A stretch of DNA of 59,412 bases, taken from the NCBI GenBank assembly GCA_903844115.1, contig CAIMSI010000007.1:1-59412 (forward strand). The letters run 5' to 3'. Below are positions 50,695-58,484 of this stretch, piece after piece; the stretch's first letter is position 1, and each line of letters opens with the position of its first letter. Source of the stretch: an uncultured Actinomycetes bacterium (lineage in GTDB: Bacteria; Actinomycetota; Actinomycetes; Nanopelagicales; Nanopelagicaceae). The translations under genes were made by a program, and so were the position numbers. Below the pieces are notes generated by a model. It worked only from the letters and a program-made list of their open reading frames with translations. It was not told where the DNA came from and did no database searches.

Positions 50695-50722
50695 CTTGAG
50701 CAATTTGAGCAATTTGAGAAAA
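50687..50722. repeat. 4 tandem copies of a 9-bp unit (ttgagtaac/ttgagcaat/ttgagcaat/ttgagaaaa) across the ATPase stop and permease start
   Basis: Read directly from the sequence. In the permease frame it encodes M-SNL-SNL-SNL. The ATPase TAA (50692-50694) lies inside the first unit. Confidence 0.9.
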
Positions 50723-51565
50723 GGGTCGAATAAAACCCTTACGCGGCAAGGTTCTCTCATTGTCGTAGATGTAGACCGTGCAATCCGCCTAGGCACTTTA
50801 TTTGTTGTGGAAGCACGTTTGCGCACAATGGCAAAATGGATACTTTCCCTTCTCACAAGCTCCTTGCTTAATCCTTTTTTCTACTTAATGTCCCTGGGTA
50901 TCGGCGTTGGTACTTTCATAAACGCACGAGCGGGTACTGCCGGTATCGATGGTGAAAAATACATTGTCTTTCTTGCTCCCGCACTCCTTGCAGCGGTTGC
51001 TATTCAAGATTTCATGAGCGAAGTTACATTCCCAGTCTTGCAAGGATTCAAATGGGATAAGACTTACTTCGCTATGAACGCCACTCCATTAGGTGGGCGC
51101 CAGATTGCACTTGGCACATATTTTTCATCAGCGCTAAGAACGATTGGTTCGATTCTGATCTACTTTGCAGTCCTTGTTGCATTTGGCGCGGTACAGCCTG
51201 GTCGAGCCTGGCCCATGATGCTTACCTCCTTCTATGCCGCGGCTTGTTTTGCAGCCGTCATGCTGGCAGCTGCTGCTGCCTCAGAAAACGATGACCTCTT
51301 TCTCAATCTAATGGGGCGCTTATTGATTATGCCGCTCTTTCTTTTCTCCGGAACCTTTTACCCACTAACTTCTATGCCTATTGTTTTGCAAGCAATTGGG
51401 TGGATTTCCCCGTTGTGGCATTCCACTGAGCTGGGACGTTGGGTCAGTTACGGACACCATATTTCAGGGACAATGATTTTCATTCACTTCGCATATCTGG
51501 CGGCGATGCTCGTAGGTGGGCTCTTATGGGCATTCAACCGATTTGAATACCGGTTATCCAAATGA
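50687..51565 (+). CDS. ABC-2 type transporter permease (first of two)
   Basis: About 290 aa with 6 predicted TM segments, following the ATPase. The start is uncertain: the TTG at 50687 is one of several in-frame TTGs within the repeat. Confidence 0.8.
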   Translation: MSNLSNLSNLRKGSNKTLTRQGSLIVVDVDRAIRLGTLFVVEARLRTMAKWILSLLTSSLLNPFFYLMSLGIGVGTFINARAGTAGIDGEKYIVFLAPALLAAVAIQDFMSEVTFPVLQGFKWDKTYFAMNATPLGGRQIALGTYFSSALRTIGSILIYFAVLVAFGAVQPGRAWPMMLTSFYAAACFAAVMLAAAAASENDDLFLNLMGRLLIMPLFLFSGTFYPLTSMPIVLQAIGWISPLWHSTELGRWVSYGHHISGTMIFIHFAYLAAMLVGGLLWAFNRFEYRLSK

Positions 51566-52392
51566 TTACATCAGCAGCTGTAGCAATCGCAGAAGCGCGC
51601 ATTGGACGCCGAGGTGAATCTGTTTACTCTGGGCGAGCCAGAACAATTATCGAGCGCTCATATCTAGCTTTTAGATCATCGACATGGATAGTTGTTGCTA
51701 CTGGTTTTCTTGAGCCAGTTCTATACCTTGTTTCATTTGGTTTTGGAGTTGGAAAACTTATTGGGAAAATTGAAGTTGCTCCCGGCCACTTTGTTTCATA
51801 CGCGGCTTTCATTGCTCCCGCTTTGCTCGCAACGAGCGCCATGAACGGTGCGATTTATGACGCCACTTGGAATGTCTTCTTCAAATTAAGATTTGATCGG
51901 GTTTACCAAGGAATGCTTGCCACTTCCCTTGGACCATTAGATGTGGCACTTGGTGAAATTGGGTGGGCCCTGCTGCGAGGCATGCTTTACGCAATTGCTT
52001 TCATGTCGATTCTCGGCGGGGTCGGTTTGATCACAACTCCTTGGGCTTTACTCGCCATCCCTTGCGCAGTACTTATTTCTTTTGGATTTGCTGCGGTCGG
52101 AATGGCTGTCACCACATACATGAAATCCTTTGAGCAAATGAATCTCATTAATATTGTATTGCTCCCAATGTTTTTATTTTCTGGATCGTTTTATCCACTA
52201 AGTATTTATCCTGGATGGCTGCAAGCTTTTATCAAGGTGCTCCCACTTTGGCATGGGGTTGCGCTAATTCGCTCAGTTTCATTAGGGATATTTAGTGCAG
52301 CACTCATCCCACATATCCTTTATTTTGTCGTGATGATTATTTTTGGGTTGTACTTCACTACCCGCAGATTAACTCTGCTTTTCATGCGATAA
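51562..52392 (+). CDS. ABC-2 type transporter permease (second of two)
   Basis: 276 aa polytopic protein. ATGA overlap with the preceding permease. Confidence 0.85.
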   Translation: MITSAAVAIAEARIGRRGESVYSGRARTIIERSYLAFRSSTWIVVATGFLEPVLYLVSFGFGVGKLIGKIEVAPGHFVSYAAFIAPALLATSAMNGAIYDATWNVFFKLRFDRVYQGMLATSLGPLDVALGEIGWALLRGMLYAIAFMSILGGVGLITTPWALLAIPCAVLISFGFAAVGMAVTTYMKSFEQMNLINIVLLPMFLFSGSFYPLSIYPGWLQAFIKVLPLWHGVALIRSVSLGIFSAALIPHILYFVVMIIFGLYFTTRRLTLLFMR

Positions 52393-52410
52393 ATTATGCG
52401 TTAATTTTTC

Positions 52411-52779
52411 TTACTTATCGAAGTTGCGACGATCCCAACGCTCTTCAAGTCGATCTCCCCAAGCCTTCTTTTGTTTCTTGCCACCTGATGTTGTGGAGGT
52501 TGCACTCTTTAATTTAGTTGCAGAGAAATTAGAAATAATGAGAAATGTTCCGATAAGAGAAATAATAAATCCAGCAATTCCCAAAGGTGGTAGCTGGGCA
52601 ATTAAGCCAGTAAGGAGAATTGCCATTCCACCAAAGAGAGCAATCACGCCTGAAAGGACTCGACCACTTTGAGGAGTGCGAATTTTTCCACTCAGAGTAG
52701 ATACGAGGCGTGGATCATCCTGCTCGAGAGCGGCTTCCATCTCGGCGAGTAGTTTGCGTTCATGTTCGGAAAGTGGCAC
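52411..52779 (-). CDS. DUF3040-family small membrane protein
   Basis: 122 aa. N-terminal PLSEHERKLLAEMEAALEQDDPRL helix followed by two TM segments. Its GTG start lies 3 nt after the dinB TAG. Confidence 0.8.
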   Translation of the reverse strand: MPLSEHERKLLAEMEAALEQDDPRLVSTLSGKIRTPQSGRVLSGVIALFGGMAILLTGLIAQLPPLGIAGFIISLIGTFLIISNFSATKLKSATSTTSGGKKQKKAWGDRLEERWDRRNFDK

Positions 52780-52782
52780 GGG

Positions 52783-53985
52783 CTAAGAATAGGACAGGTC
52801 TTCGGGGTCTACCAGCCGCGCGGGCCGCACACTGCCCGTTCCAAAGCGCGCCGTGGCCCGATCGATGGCCTCAGTAGCTTCTCGCCACCCCTTTTCACGC
52901 TCGCCAAGCTGTAATTGCTGGGGGGCGCCTGACTGATCGATCAGATTTTCTAAGCCAACGCCCACCAAACGTAATCGTGCTCGGTCTAGTTTCAGAGCAA
53001 GATAAAGCTTCTTCACAACCTCATAACATTCCTGAACTCCTGAAACCGGCAGGTCCACGGTCTTGGAGCGACTGATTGTCTTGAAATCTGCAAAGCGGAC
53101 TTTGATGGAAATAGTTTGGGCAGCCAAATCTCGGGCACGCATTCGCCCAGTGGCCTTTTCAATTAAACGTAAGAACTCGCGCAATATTTCATCCGGGTCA
53201 TCGAGATCTTCGGCAAATGTTTCAGCGGCGCTAATACTTTTATCTGGTTCATCTGGTGTTACATCTCGATAATCCCTTCCCCATGCAAGTTCGTAAAGGG
53301 AAGCTCCCGCTCCTTCACCTAGTGCTCGTATTAAGGTTGAACGAGGAGTATGCGCAATATCAGAAACTGTTCGTAAACCAAGTCGTTGTAGTTCTTCATT
53401 TGTTTTTGGCCCAACTCCCCAAATAGCACTGACGGGAAGTGGATGAAGAAATTCCAAAACTCGGTCGGGTCCAATTTCTAGTAAGCCATCTGGTTTGCAA
53501 TGTTGGGAAGCAAGTTTTGCAATGAACTTGGTTGAAGCAATTCCAACAGAGCATGTTATTCCTTGACTCGAAAAAACTTCCTTGCGAATAAGTTCACCAA
53601 TTTCTCTGCCAGTACCTTTGAGTCGATGCGAACCGGTTACATCGAGAAATGCCTCATCGAGTGAAATCGGCTCAACAAGTGGCGTATAAGAATGAAAAAT
53701 TTCCATCACATGTGAGGAAACTTCACTGTAGCGGGCGTGATCGGGTGCGATAAATATTGCTTGGGGTGCCATTCGTTGTGCTCGGCTCACGGGCATCGCT
53801 GCGCGAATTCCTAATTTGCGGGCTGCATAATTTGCGGAAAGAACCACACCTCGTGCGCCCGCGCCAACGACAACTTGCTTGCCTTTCAAAGTTGGATCAT
53901 CGCGTTCGGCAACGGAAGCGTAGAAAGCATCCATGTCGATGTGAAGGATGGTCGAGAAGATTACTGATGTAGCTTCTTCACTCAC
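52783..53985 (-). CDS. dinB: Y-family DNA polymerase IV (DinB-like) with catalytic acidic residues intact
   Basis: 400 aa. Motifs HIDMDAFYASV and SLDEAFLDVTG, an HhH region (GVGPKT), and a possible clamp-binding motif QQLQLG near the C-terminus. Its GTG start overlaps the dnaE2 stop by 8 nt. Confidence 0.9.
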   Translation of the reverse strand: MSEEATSVIFSTILHIDMDAFYASVAERDDPTLKGKQVVVGAGARGVVLSANYAARKLGIRAAMPVSRAQRMAPQAIFIAPDHARYSEVSSHVMEIFHSYTPLVEPISLDEAFLDVTGSHRLKGTGREIGELIRKEVFSSQGITCSVGIASTKFIAKLASQHCKPDGLLEIGPDRVLEFLHPLPVSAIWGVGPKTNEELQRLGLRTVSDIAHTPRSTLIRALGEGAGASLYELAWGRDYRDVTPDEPDKSISAAETFAEDLDDPDEILREFLRLIEKATGRMRARDLAAQTISIKVRFADFKTISRSKTVDLPVSGVQECYEVVKKLYLALKLDRARLRLVGVGLENLIDQSGAPQQLQLGEREKGWREATEAIDRATARFGTGSVRPARLVDPEDLSYS

Positions 53986-56900
53986 CTGTATCCCCCACTT
54001 TCATTTCGTTCACTTCTGAAAGGCTACGCCACTTGGAATATGACTCACCCAATTCCCACGCGGATAAAGCTCTCAAAGAGATACCTCGTGCGCCAGTTTT
54101 TCGCACAACTCCGCGCACTAAGAAGAGCCATGAGTGATAGAGCAAGTTGGCATGATCACCTTGAACATTTTCAAAAAAAGTCACATCATTGCAGCCATAA
54201 CCATCATCGAGAGTAAGAAACATGACTCGTCTGCCAGAGCGAACGGGTGGAGTTTGAAGAGCAACTTTCACTCCCGCCACAAGAACAGTGGCACCAGAAC
54301 GCTGGTGGATGAGATCTGAAGAACGGATGGCGCCAACGGAATTAAGAAATTCTCCATAAAACTCCATCATGTGATGTGAGATATCCATACCCGTAAGGTC
54401 TACTTCATGTCGTATTCGCTCTGCTGGAGTGAGATCTGGAAGACCGCTTGCTTCTAGAGTGGAAGGAACTAATTGCAGAGCCATCTGCCCACCACCTTTA
54501 TTGCGGCCAAATTTATCTAAATCATGAAAATGCAGAAGAAGATCTCGGCGATTAATTCCTTGACCGACATAGAGTGAATCAAATGCTCCTACAAGTAAGA
54601 GCGCCTTTGTTGTGGGGGCAGATGCCCCAGACCGATGAGTGAAATCAGCAAGATCTACGTAAGGACGATTGGCAAGTATCGAATCAATTTCTTTTTCATT
54701 GGCGCCCTGTATATCTGCAAGTCCCATCCGGATTGCATATCCTCTAGCGTCAGGCAAAGTAAGTATGGCGCCGGTACTCGCGGTATTAGGCGCTTCATAA
54801 GGTGGACGAGCTCCATCAACATTAACTTTCTCAACACAATAACTTTTCTCCGAGCGATTAATATCTATCGGGGCAATCTCAATTCCCCACTGGCGTGCTT
54901 CATCTACGATAACTCGCCGGGGATACATGCCCGGATCATGAGTAAGAACTCCGGCAAGAAACGCAGCTGTGTGATGGCTCTTAAGCCATGCTGATTGATA
55001 TGTAGGAAGAGCAAAAGCTGCAGCATGAGCTTTGCAAAACCCAAAAGATGCAAAAGCTCGAAGAATCTCCCAGACCTGCGTGATCAGTGAAAGCTCATAT
55101 CCTTGTGAAATTGCAGCCGGATAAAACCAGTCACATACTTCTTGCTGGCTTTCGAAAGTTCCTAGTTCCCTTCTCTTCTCGTCAGCCTGTGCAAGTGAAA
55201 TACCAGTCATGAGAGCAATAATGCGTATTACCTGCTCGTGGAAAACAACGACGCCTTCAGTCTCATGCAAAATCTCATCAAGATCTGGGTGGATGACTGG
55301 CTTACTTCTAAAGCCATGGCGCGTATTAATAAATGGCGTAATCATGTCGCTTTTTACTGGGCCAGGGCGAAAAAGTGAGATATCAATAATCAAGTCAGTA
55401 AATGTTTGGGGTGCAAATTTTCCTACAAGCTCGCGCTGACCAGGACTTTCGATTTGGAAAAGACCCAAGGTCCTAGTGGATTTAATAAGATCAAAAGTAA
55501 GTGAATCATCTAAGGCAATCGCATCGATATCGATTTTTGTGCCTTCTACCCTTTCAATTTCTTGAAGAGAGTACGCAATTGCTGATTGCATACGCACACC
55601 CAGCACATCGAGCTTTAGTAAGCCGACCGCTTCCACATCATCTTTATCGTATTGAACCATCTGGTATCCACTGGCGTTAATTTCAGTAGGAGCAATATCT
55701 AAAAGCTTCTTATCTGAAAGAAGAACAGCGCACGGGTGCATAGAAAGATGCCGTGGCAGTCCATCCAACCGACCGGCAAGATGGATGGCGGTCTTCATAA
55801 GCGGTGTATCGAGTTTGAGGTTCTTGAGTTCAGGTAAATTTTCTAAAGCCTTGCCGATATTACGAGCACGGATATGTGGAAGTGATTTTGCAATTAAATC
55901 AATCTCCATGGGTGAAATTCCTAAAGCGGCGCCAACATCGCGAATCGCATGACGCGCACGATACGTCTCGACCATTGAAACAGTGGCTGTGCGCTCTGGC
56001 CCAAAACGTTCAAAAATTGCATCATAAATTTCTAGCCTTCTGGCTGATTCCACATCAATATCAATATCAGGAAGTTCATTGCGAAGAGTTGAGCAGAAAC
56101 GTTCCATCAATAAACCCTGGCTCATGGGTTCAACTCCAGAGATCCCTAAGAGATAACAGATCAAAGAGCCTGCTCCACTGCCACGAGCAGCAACACGAAT
56201 TCCTTTCGACCGTGCAGTATCTGCGATATCCGCAACGGCAAGAAAATATGCTTCATATCCCAAGGTTCGAACTGTTGCGAGTTCTTCTTCTAGTCGCTGC
56301 GCTGCTTGGACCGATAGCGCTCCGCTATAACGATGTAGACCTGATTCACTGCGCCGCCGCAACTGTTCAGCAAGCTCTTCGTGGCGTTGGGCGCCAAACA
56401 TCTGGGGTTCTGGCAAATGAATAGATCCAATTCCTACATCACGACGTGGGGAAAGAATTGCACGCTCTGCCCATTCTGATGTTGTGCGAAGAAGTAGTCG
56501 GCCGTTGCTCTCCCCTGCCGCACGAGATACCTCATCAGCAATCAAAGCCATCTCTGCTTCGTTCTTAAGATAAGCCTCGGAGTTACTCCGTTCAATATGG
56601 CGCTGGTGCAGCGGCACAAGAAGCCTGGCCGAATCAAGGACATCAGCGACAGGTCCATCCGTACGATCGAGCATTCGTACAGCGTTGGAAATCACTGCAG
56701 GGATATCGTGCTTCCGGGCAAATCCTAAGAGCTTTGCTGCATGAGCTATTGAAAAAGGCCCATCCCCTTTTGAGCGGTGTGAAATAACTTCGATAGCTTG
56801 ATCAGCAAAGAGTTCTTTTGCAGAGTGGAAAATAGAGAGCGCCGATTCATCACGCCTGGCAGCGATAGTGGATGCAAGGTATGAATCAGGCCCGTGAAGA

Positions 56901-57262
56901 GCAAGTATCTGAGAAGAATATTGCGAGAACTTTTCTAAAGTTTCGAAAGTAAGAACTTTTTCATTTGCAGTATCTCTATTAACAGCGCTCACTAATCGAT
57001 AGAGCGCCGGCAGTGAACCAGCTTGGGCTAAAAGAGTGATGCGATATTTCTTCTGTAAAAAACTGAGATTGACTCCGAGGATGGGGGCGACCCCATGGGA
57101 TTCGCATTCTTGAACGAAACGAATAGCCCCTGCCATTCCATCCCGATCAGTAAGAGCAAGAGCGCTCATCCCAAATTCAGCAGCACGCTCTACTAATTGT
57201 CCAGCAGAAGCGGTGCCATATTTAAATGAGTAGCCACTTGCTACATGAAGGTGTGTAAACAT
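53978..57262 (-). CDS. dnaE2: Error-prone DNA polymerase III alpha paralog (DnaE2 / ImuC)
   Basis: 1094 aa. PHP N-terminus MFTHLHVASGYSFKYG and a pol III alpha core. It is the second alpha paralog in the window and its length is typical of DnaE2. Sits behind an SOS-box promoter. Confidence 0.9.
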   Translation of the reverse strand: MFTHLHVASGYSFKYGTASAGQLVERAAEFGMSALALTDRDGMAGAIRFVQECESHGVAPILGVNLSFLQKKYRITLLAQAGSLPALYRLVSAVNRDTANEKVLTFETLEKFSQYSSQILALHGPDSYLASTIAARRDESALSIFHSAKELFADQAIEVISHRSKGDGPFSIAHAAKLLGFARKHDIPAVISNAVRMLDRTDGPVADVLDSARLLVPLHQRHIERSNSEAYLKNEAEMALIADEVSRAAGESNGRLLLRTTSEWAERAILSPRRDVGIGSIHLPEPQMFGAQRHEELAEQLRRRSESGLHRYSGALSVQAAQRLEEELATVRTLGYEAYFLAVADIADTARSKGIRVAARGSGAGSLICYLLGISGVEPMSQGLLMERFCSTLRNELPDIDIDVESARRLEIYDAIFERFGPERTATVSMVETYRARHAIRDVGAALGISPMEIDLIAKSLPHIRARNIGKALENLPELKNLKLDTPLMKTAIHLAGRLDGLPRHLSMHPCAVLLSDKKLLDIAPTEINASGYQMVQYDKDDVEAVGLLKLDVLGVRMQSAIAYSLQEIERVEGTKIDIDAIALDDSLTFDLIKSTRTLGLFQIESPGQRELVGKFAPQTFTDLIIDISLFRPGPVKSDMITPFINTRHGFRSKPVIHPDLDEILHETEGVVVFHEQVIRIIALMTGISLAQADEKRRELGTFESQQEVCDWFYPAAISQGYELSLITQVWEILRAFASFGFCKAHAAAFALPTYQSAWLKSHHTAAFLAGVLTHDPGMYPRRVIVDEARQWGIEIAPIDINRSEKSYCVEKVNVDGARPPYEAPNTASTGAILTLPDARGYAIRMGLADIQGANEKEIDSILANRPYVDLADFTHRSGASAPTTKALLLVGAFDSLYVGQGINRRDLLLHFHDLDKFGRNKGGGQMALQLVPSTLEASGLPDLTPAERIRHEVDLTGMDISHHMMEFYGEFLNSVGAIRSSDLIHQRSGATVLVAGVKVALQTPPVRSGRRVMFLTLDDGYGCNDVTFFENVQGDHANLLYHSWLFLVRGVVRKTGARGISLRALSAWELGESYSKWRSLSEVNEMKVGDTGE

Positions 57263-57281
57263 TTTTATTTATTTATTTAGG

Positions 57282-57602
57282 TTATGCAGGCCGAGAGGTG
57301 GGACGAATAATCCATTTGCCGGTGAGCTCATCGAGTTCAATTTCAAAGGTAGCGAGCGCACCCACAGGGGCAGCCTCTACCCGCCAAATGGCCCGGCCCC
57401 CATCATTGAAGATCGATTGTTCAAGATGTGCCGAGTTATGAAGAGCTCCATCGCTAATGCGATTCCACCATCCTCCTGATTCTTGCCAACGCGACAAGAT
57501 GTTATGGATGTGAAAGCGGTGGCCGCGATAGATGAACTCGATGGGTTCACCCTCAGGCGCCAGCACGCGAGGTTCAGGGGCGGAGGCAGGTTGTTCGAAC
57601 AT
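57282..57602 (-). CDS. 106-aa protein resembling the C-terminal domain of ImuB-type proteins (DUF6504-like); first gene of the dnaE2 operon
   Basis: ORF MFEQPAS...PIEFIYRGHRFHIHNILSRWQESGGWWNR...AIWRVEAAP...FEIELDELTGKWIIRP. The F-x-[WY]-R-G...W-x-E-x-G-x-W-W...W-R-V-E pattern matches my recollection of ImuB C-termini, which I have not verified. The ATG lies inside the LexA box. Confidence 0.65.
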   Translation of the reverse strand: MFEQPASAPEPRVLAPEGEPIEFIYRGHRFHIHNILSRWQESGGWWNRISDGALHNSAHLEQSIFNDGGRAIWRVEAAPVGALATFEIELDELTGKWIIRPTSRPA

Positions 57603-57610
57603 ATGTTCGA
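57595..57610. promoter_or_regulatory. LexA (SOS) box TCGAAC-ATAT-GTTCGA
   Basis: Perfect palindromic match to the actinobacterial/Gram-positive consensus TCGAAC-N4-GTTCGA. Overlaps the miniprotein ATG (57602-57600). Confidence 0.85.
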
Positions 57611-57634
57611 AAGATAACTGGGGGTACCGACAAG
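57611..57634 (-). promoter_or_regulatory. RecA-NDp / PafBC-type DNA-damage promoter (TTGTCGGTA-N8-TATCTT)
   Basis: The minus strand reads cTTGCACTTGTCGGTAcccccagtTATCTT, versus the published actinobacterial motif tTGTCRgtg-N8-TAnnnT. The -10 ends 8 nt before the ATG, so the transcript would be leaderless or nearly so. Confidence 0.6.
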
Positions 57635-57655
57635 TGCAAGCTCCGCCCTAATCAA

Positions 57656-57685
57656 CCCGAGTAGGCCCGAGTAGGCCCGAGTAGC
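57656..57685. repeat. 3 tandem copies of a 10-bp unit (cccgagtagg x2, cccgagtagc)
   Basis: Read directly from the sequence. Lies in the divergent region between the dnaE2 operon promoter and the TauE gene, ending 26 nt before the TauE ATG. Confidence 0.92.
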
Positions 57686-57710
57686 TGAGAGCCAGTGAGA
57701 GGATTGAGCC

Positions 57711-58454
57711 ATGATCCTGGCCCTGATGAGCGGTGCTTTCATCGGAGCCGTACTGGGCTTCGTCGGAGCTGGCGGGGCGATGATTTCCGTCCCAATCTTG
57801 CTCTACCTTTTTCATTTCTCAGCAGCCCAAGCAACAACTGCCGCCCTAGCCATCGTTTTCATTGCCGCGTTTGCTGGAGTACTTCCTAAAATAAAATCAG
57901 GAGATGTCTTATTTCGTGAGGCATTTTCGATCTGGGCAATTGGATTTATTTCCAATGTTGGTGGCGCAGCGCTAGCAAAACACCTACCTGATACCAGTAT
58001 TTTGATTGGATTCGCCGGAGTCATGATCGTGGCCGGTGCATCGATGTTGCGCGGGCCAGTAAAGGCTCGTCCAGAAAAACGGATGAGGCCCACCGCCTTG
58101 ATTCTAATTTCACTCACTATCGGCGCCATGACAGGAATTTTTGGTATCGGTGGAGGCTTTCTTGCTATCCCCGTTCTTGTGCTCTTTTATAACACCCCTC
58201 ATAAGAAAGCATCTGGTACTTCACTTCTTATCATTACTCTTAATTGCCTCACCTCATTTGTGGCCCACCAAAGCCAATGGCACACAATTCAATGGCGTAC
58301 TCCTATCACAATAGGCTTAGGGGCCATCGTGGTTTCGACAATCGCCTCTCATAACAGCTCAAAAGTAAACGCACGCGTACTCCAAAAAGTCTTTGCTTGG
58401 CTGCTATTTTCCCTTGCTGCATTTACAATTATCCATACACTCATAGGTACTTAA
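57711..58454 (+). CDS. TauE/SafE-family (DUF81) anion exporter
   Basis: 247 aa polytopic protein with duplicated GxGGG motifs (GFVGAGGAMISVP and GIFGIGGGFLAIP). Confidence 0.85.
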   Translation: MILALMSGAFIGAVLGFVGAGGAMISVPILLYLFHFSAAQATTAALAIVFIAAFAGVLPKIKSGDVLFREAFSIWAIGFISNVGGAALAKHLPDTSILIGFAGVMIVAGASMLRGPVKARPEKRMRPTALILISLTIGAMTGIFGIGGGFLAIPVLVLFYNTPHKKASGTSLLIITLNCLTSFVAHQSQWHTIQWRTPITIGLGAIVVSTIASHNSSKVNARVLQKVFAWLLFSLAAFTIIHTLIGT

Positions 58455-58484
58455 AGCTAAAAAATCCCAACAAATGGAGAAAAA

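Noticed and set aside
52391-52407. AAATTA-tgcgt-TAATTT inverted repeat between the convergent permease and DUF3040 genes as a bidirectional terminator
   Set aside because: The stem is only 6 A-T base pairs, too weak to call as a terminator without experimental 3'-end data.
1160-57685. Short tandem repeats as degenerate CRISPR arrays or minisatellite mobile elements
   Set aside because: The units are 4-15 bp, directly abutting with no spacers, in 2-4 copies each, and unrelated in sequence between loci. No cas genes are present.
57377-57742. 121-aa minus-strand ORF overlapping the miniprotein gene, the LexA box and the TauE start
   Set aside because: It is out of frame with the conserved-looking miniprotein, spans the divergent promoter region, and has no recognisable motifs or RBS.
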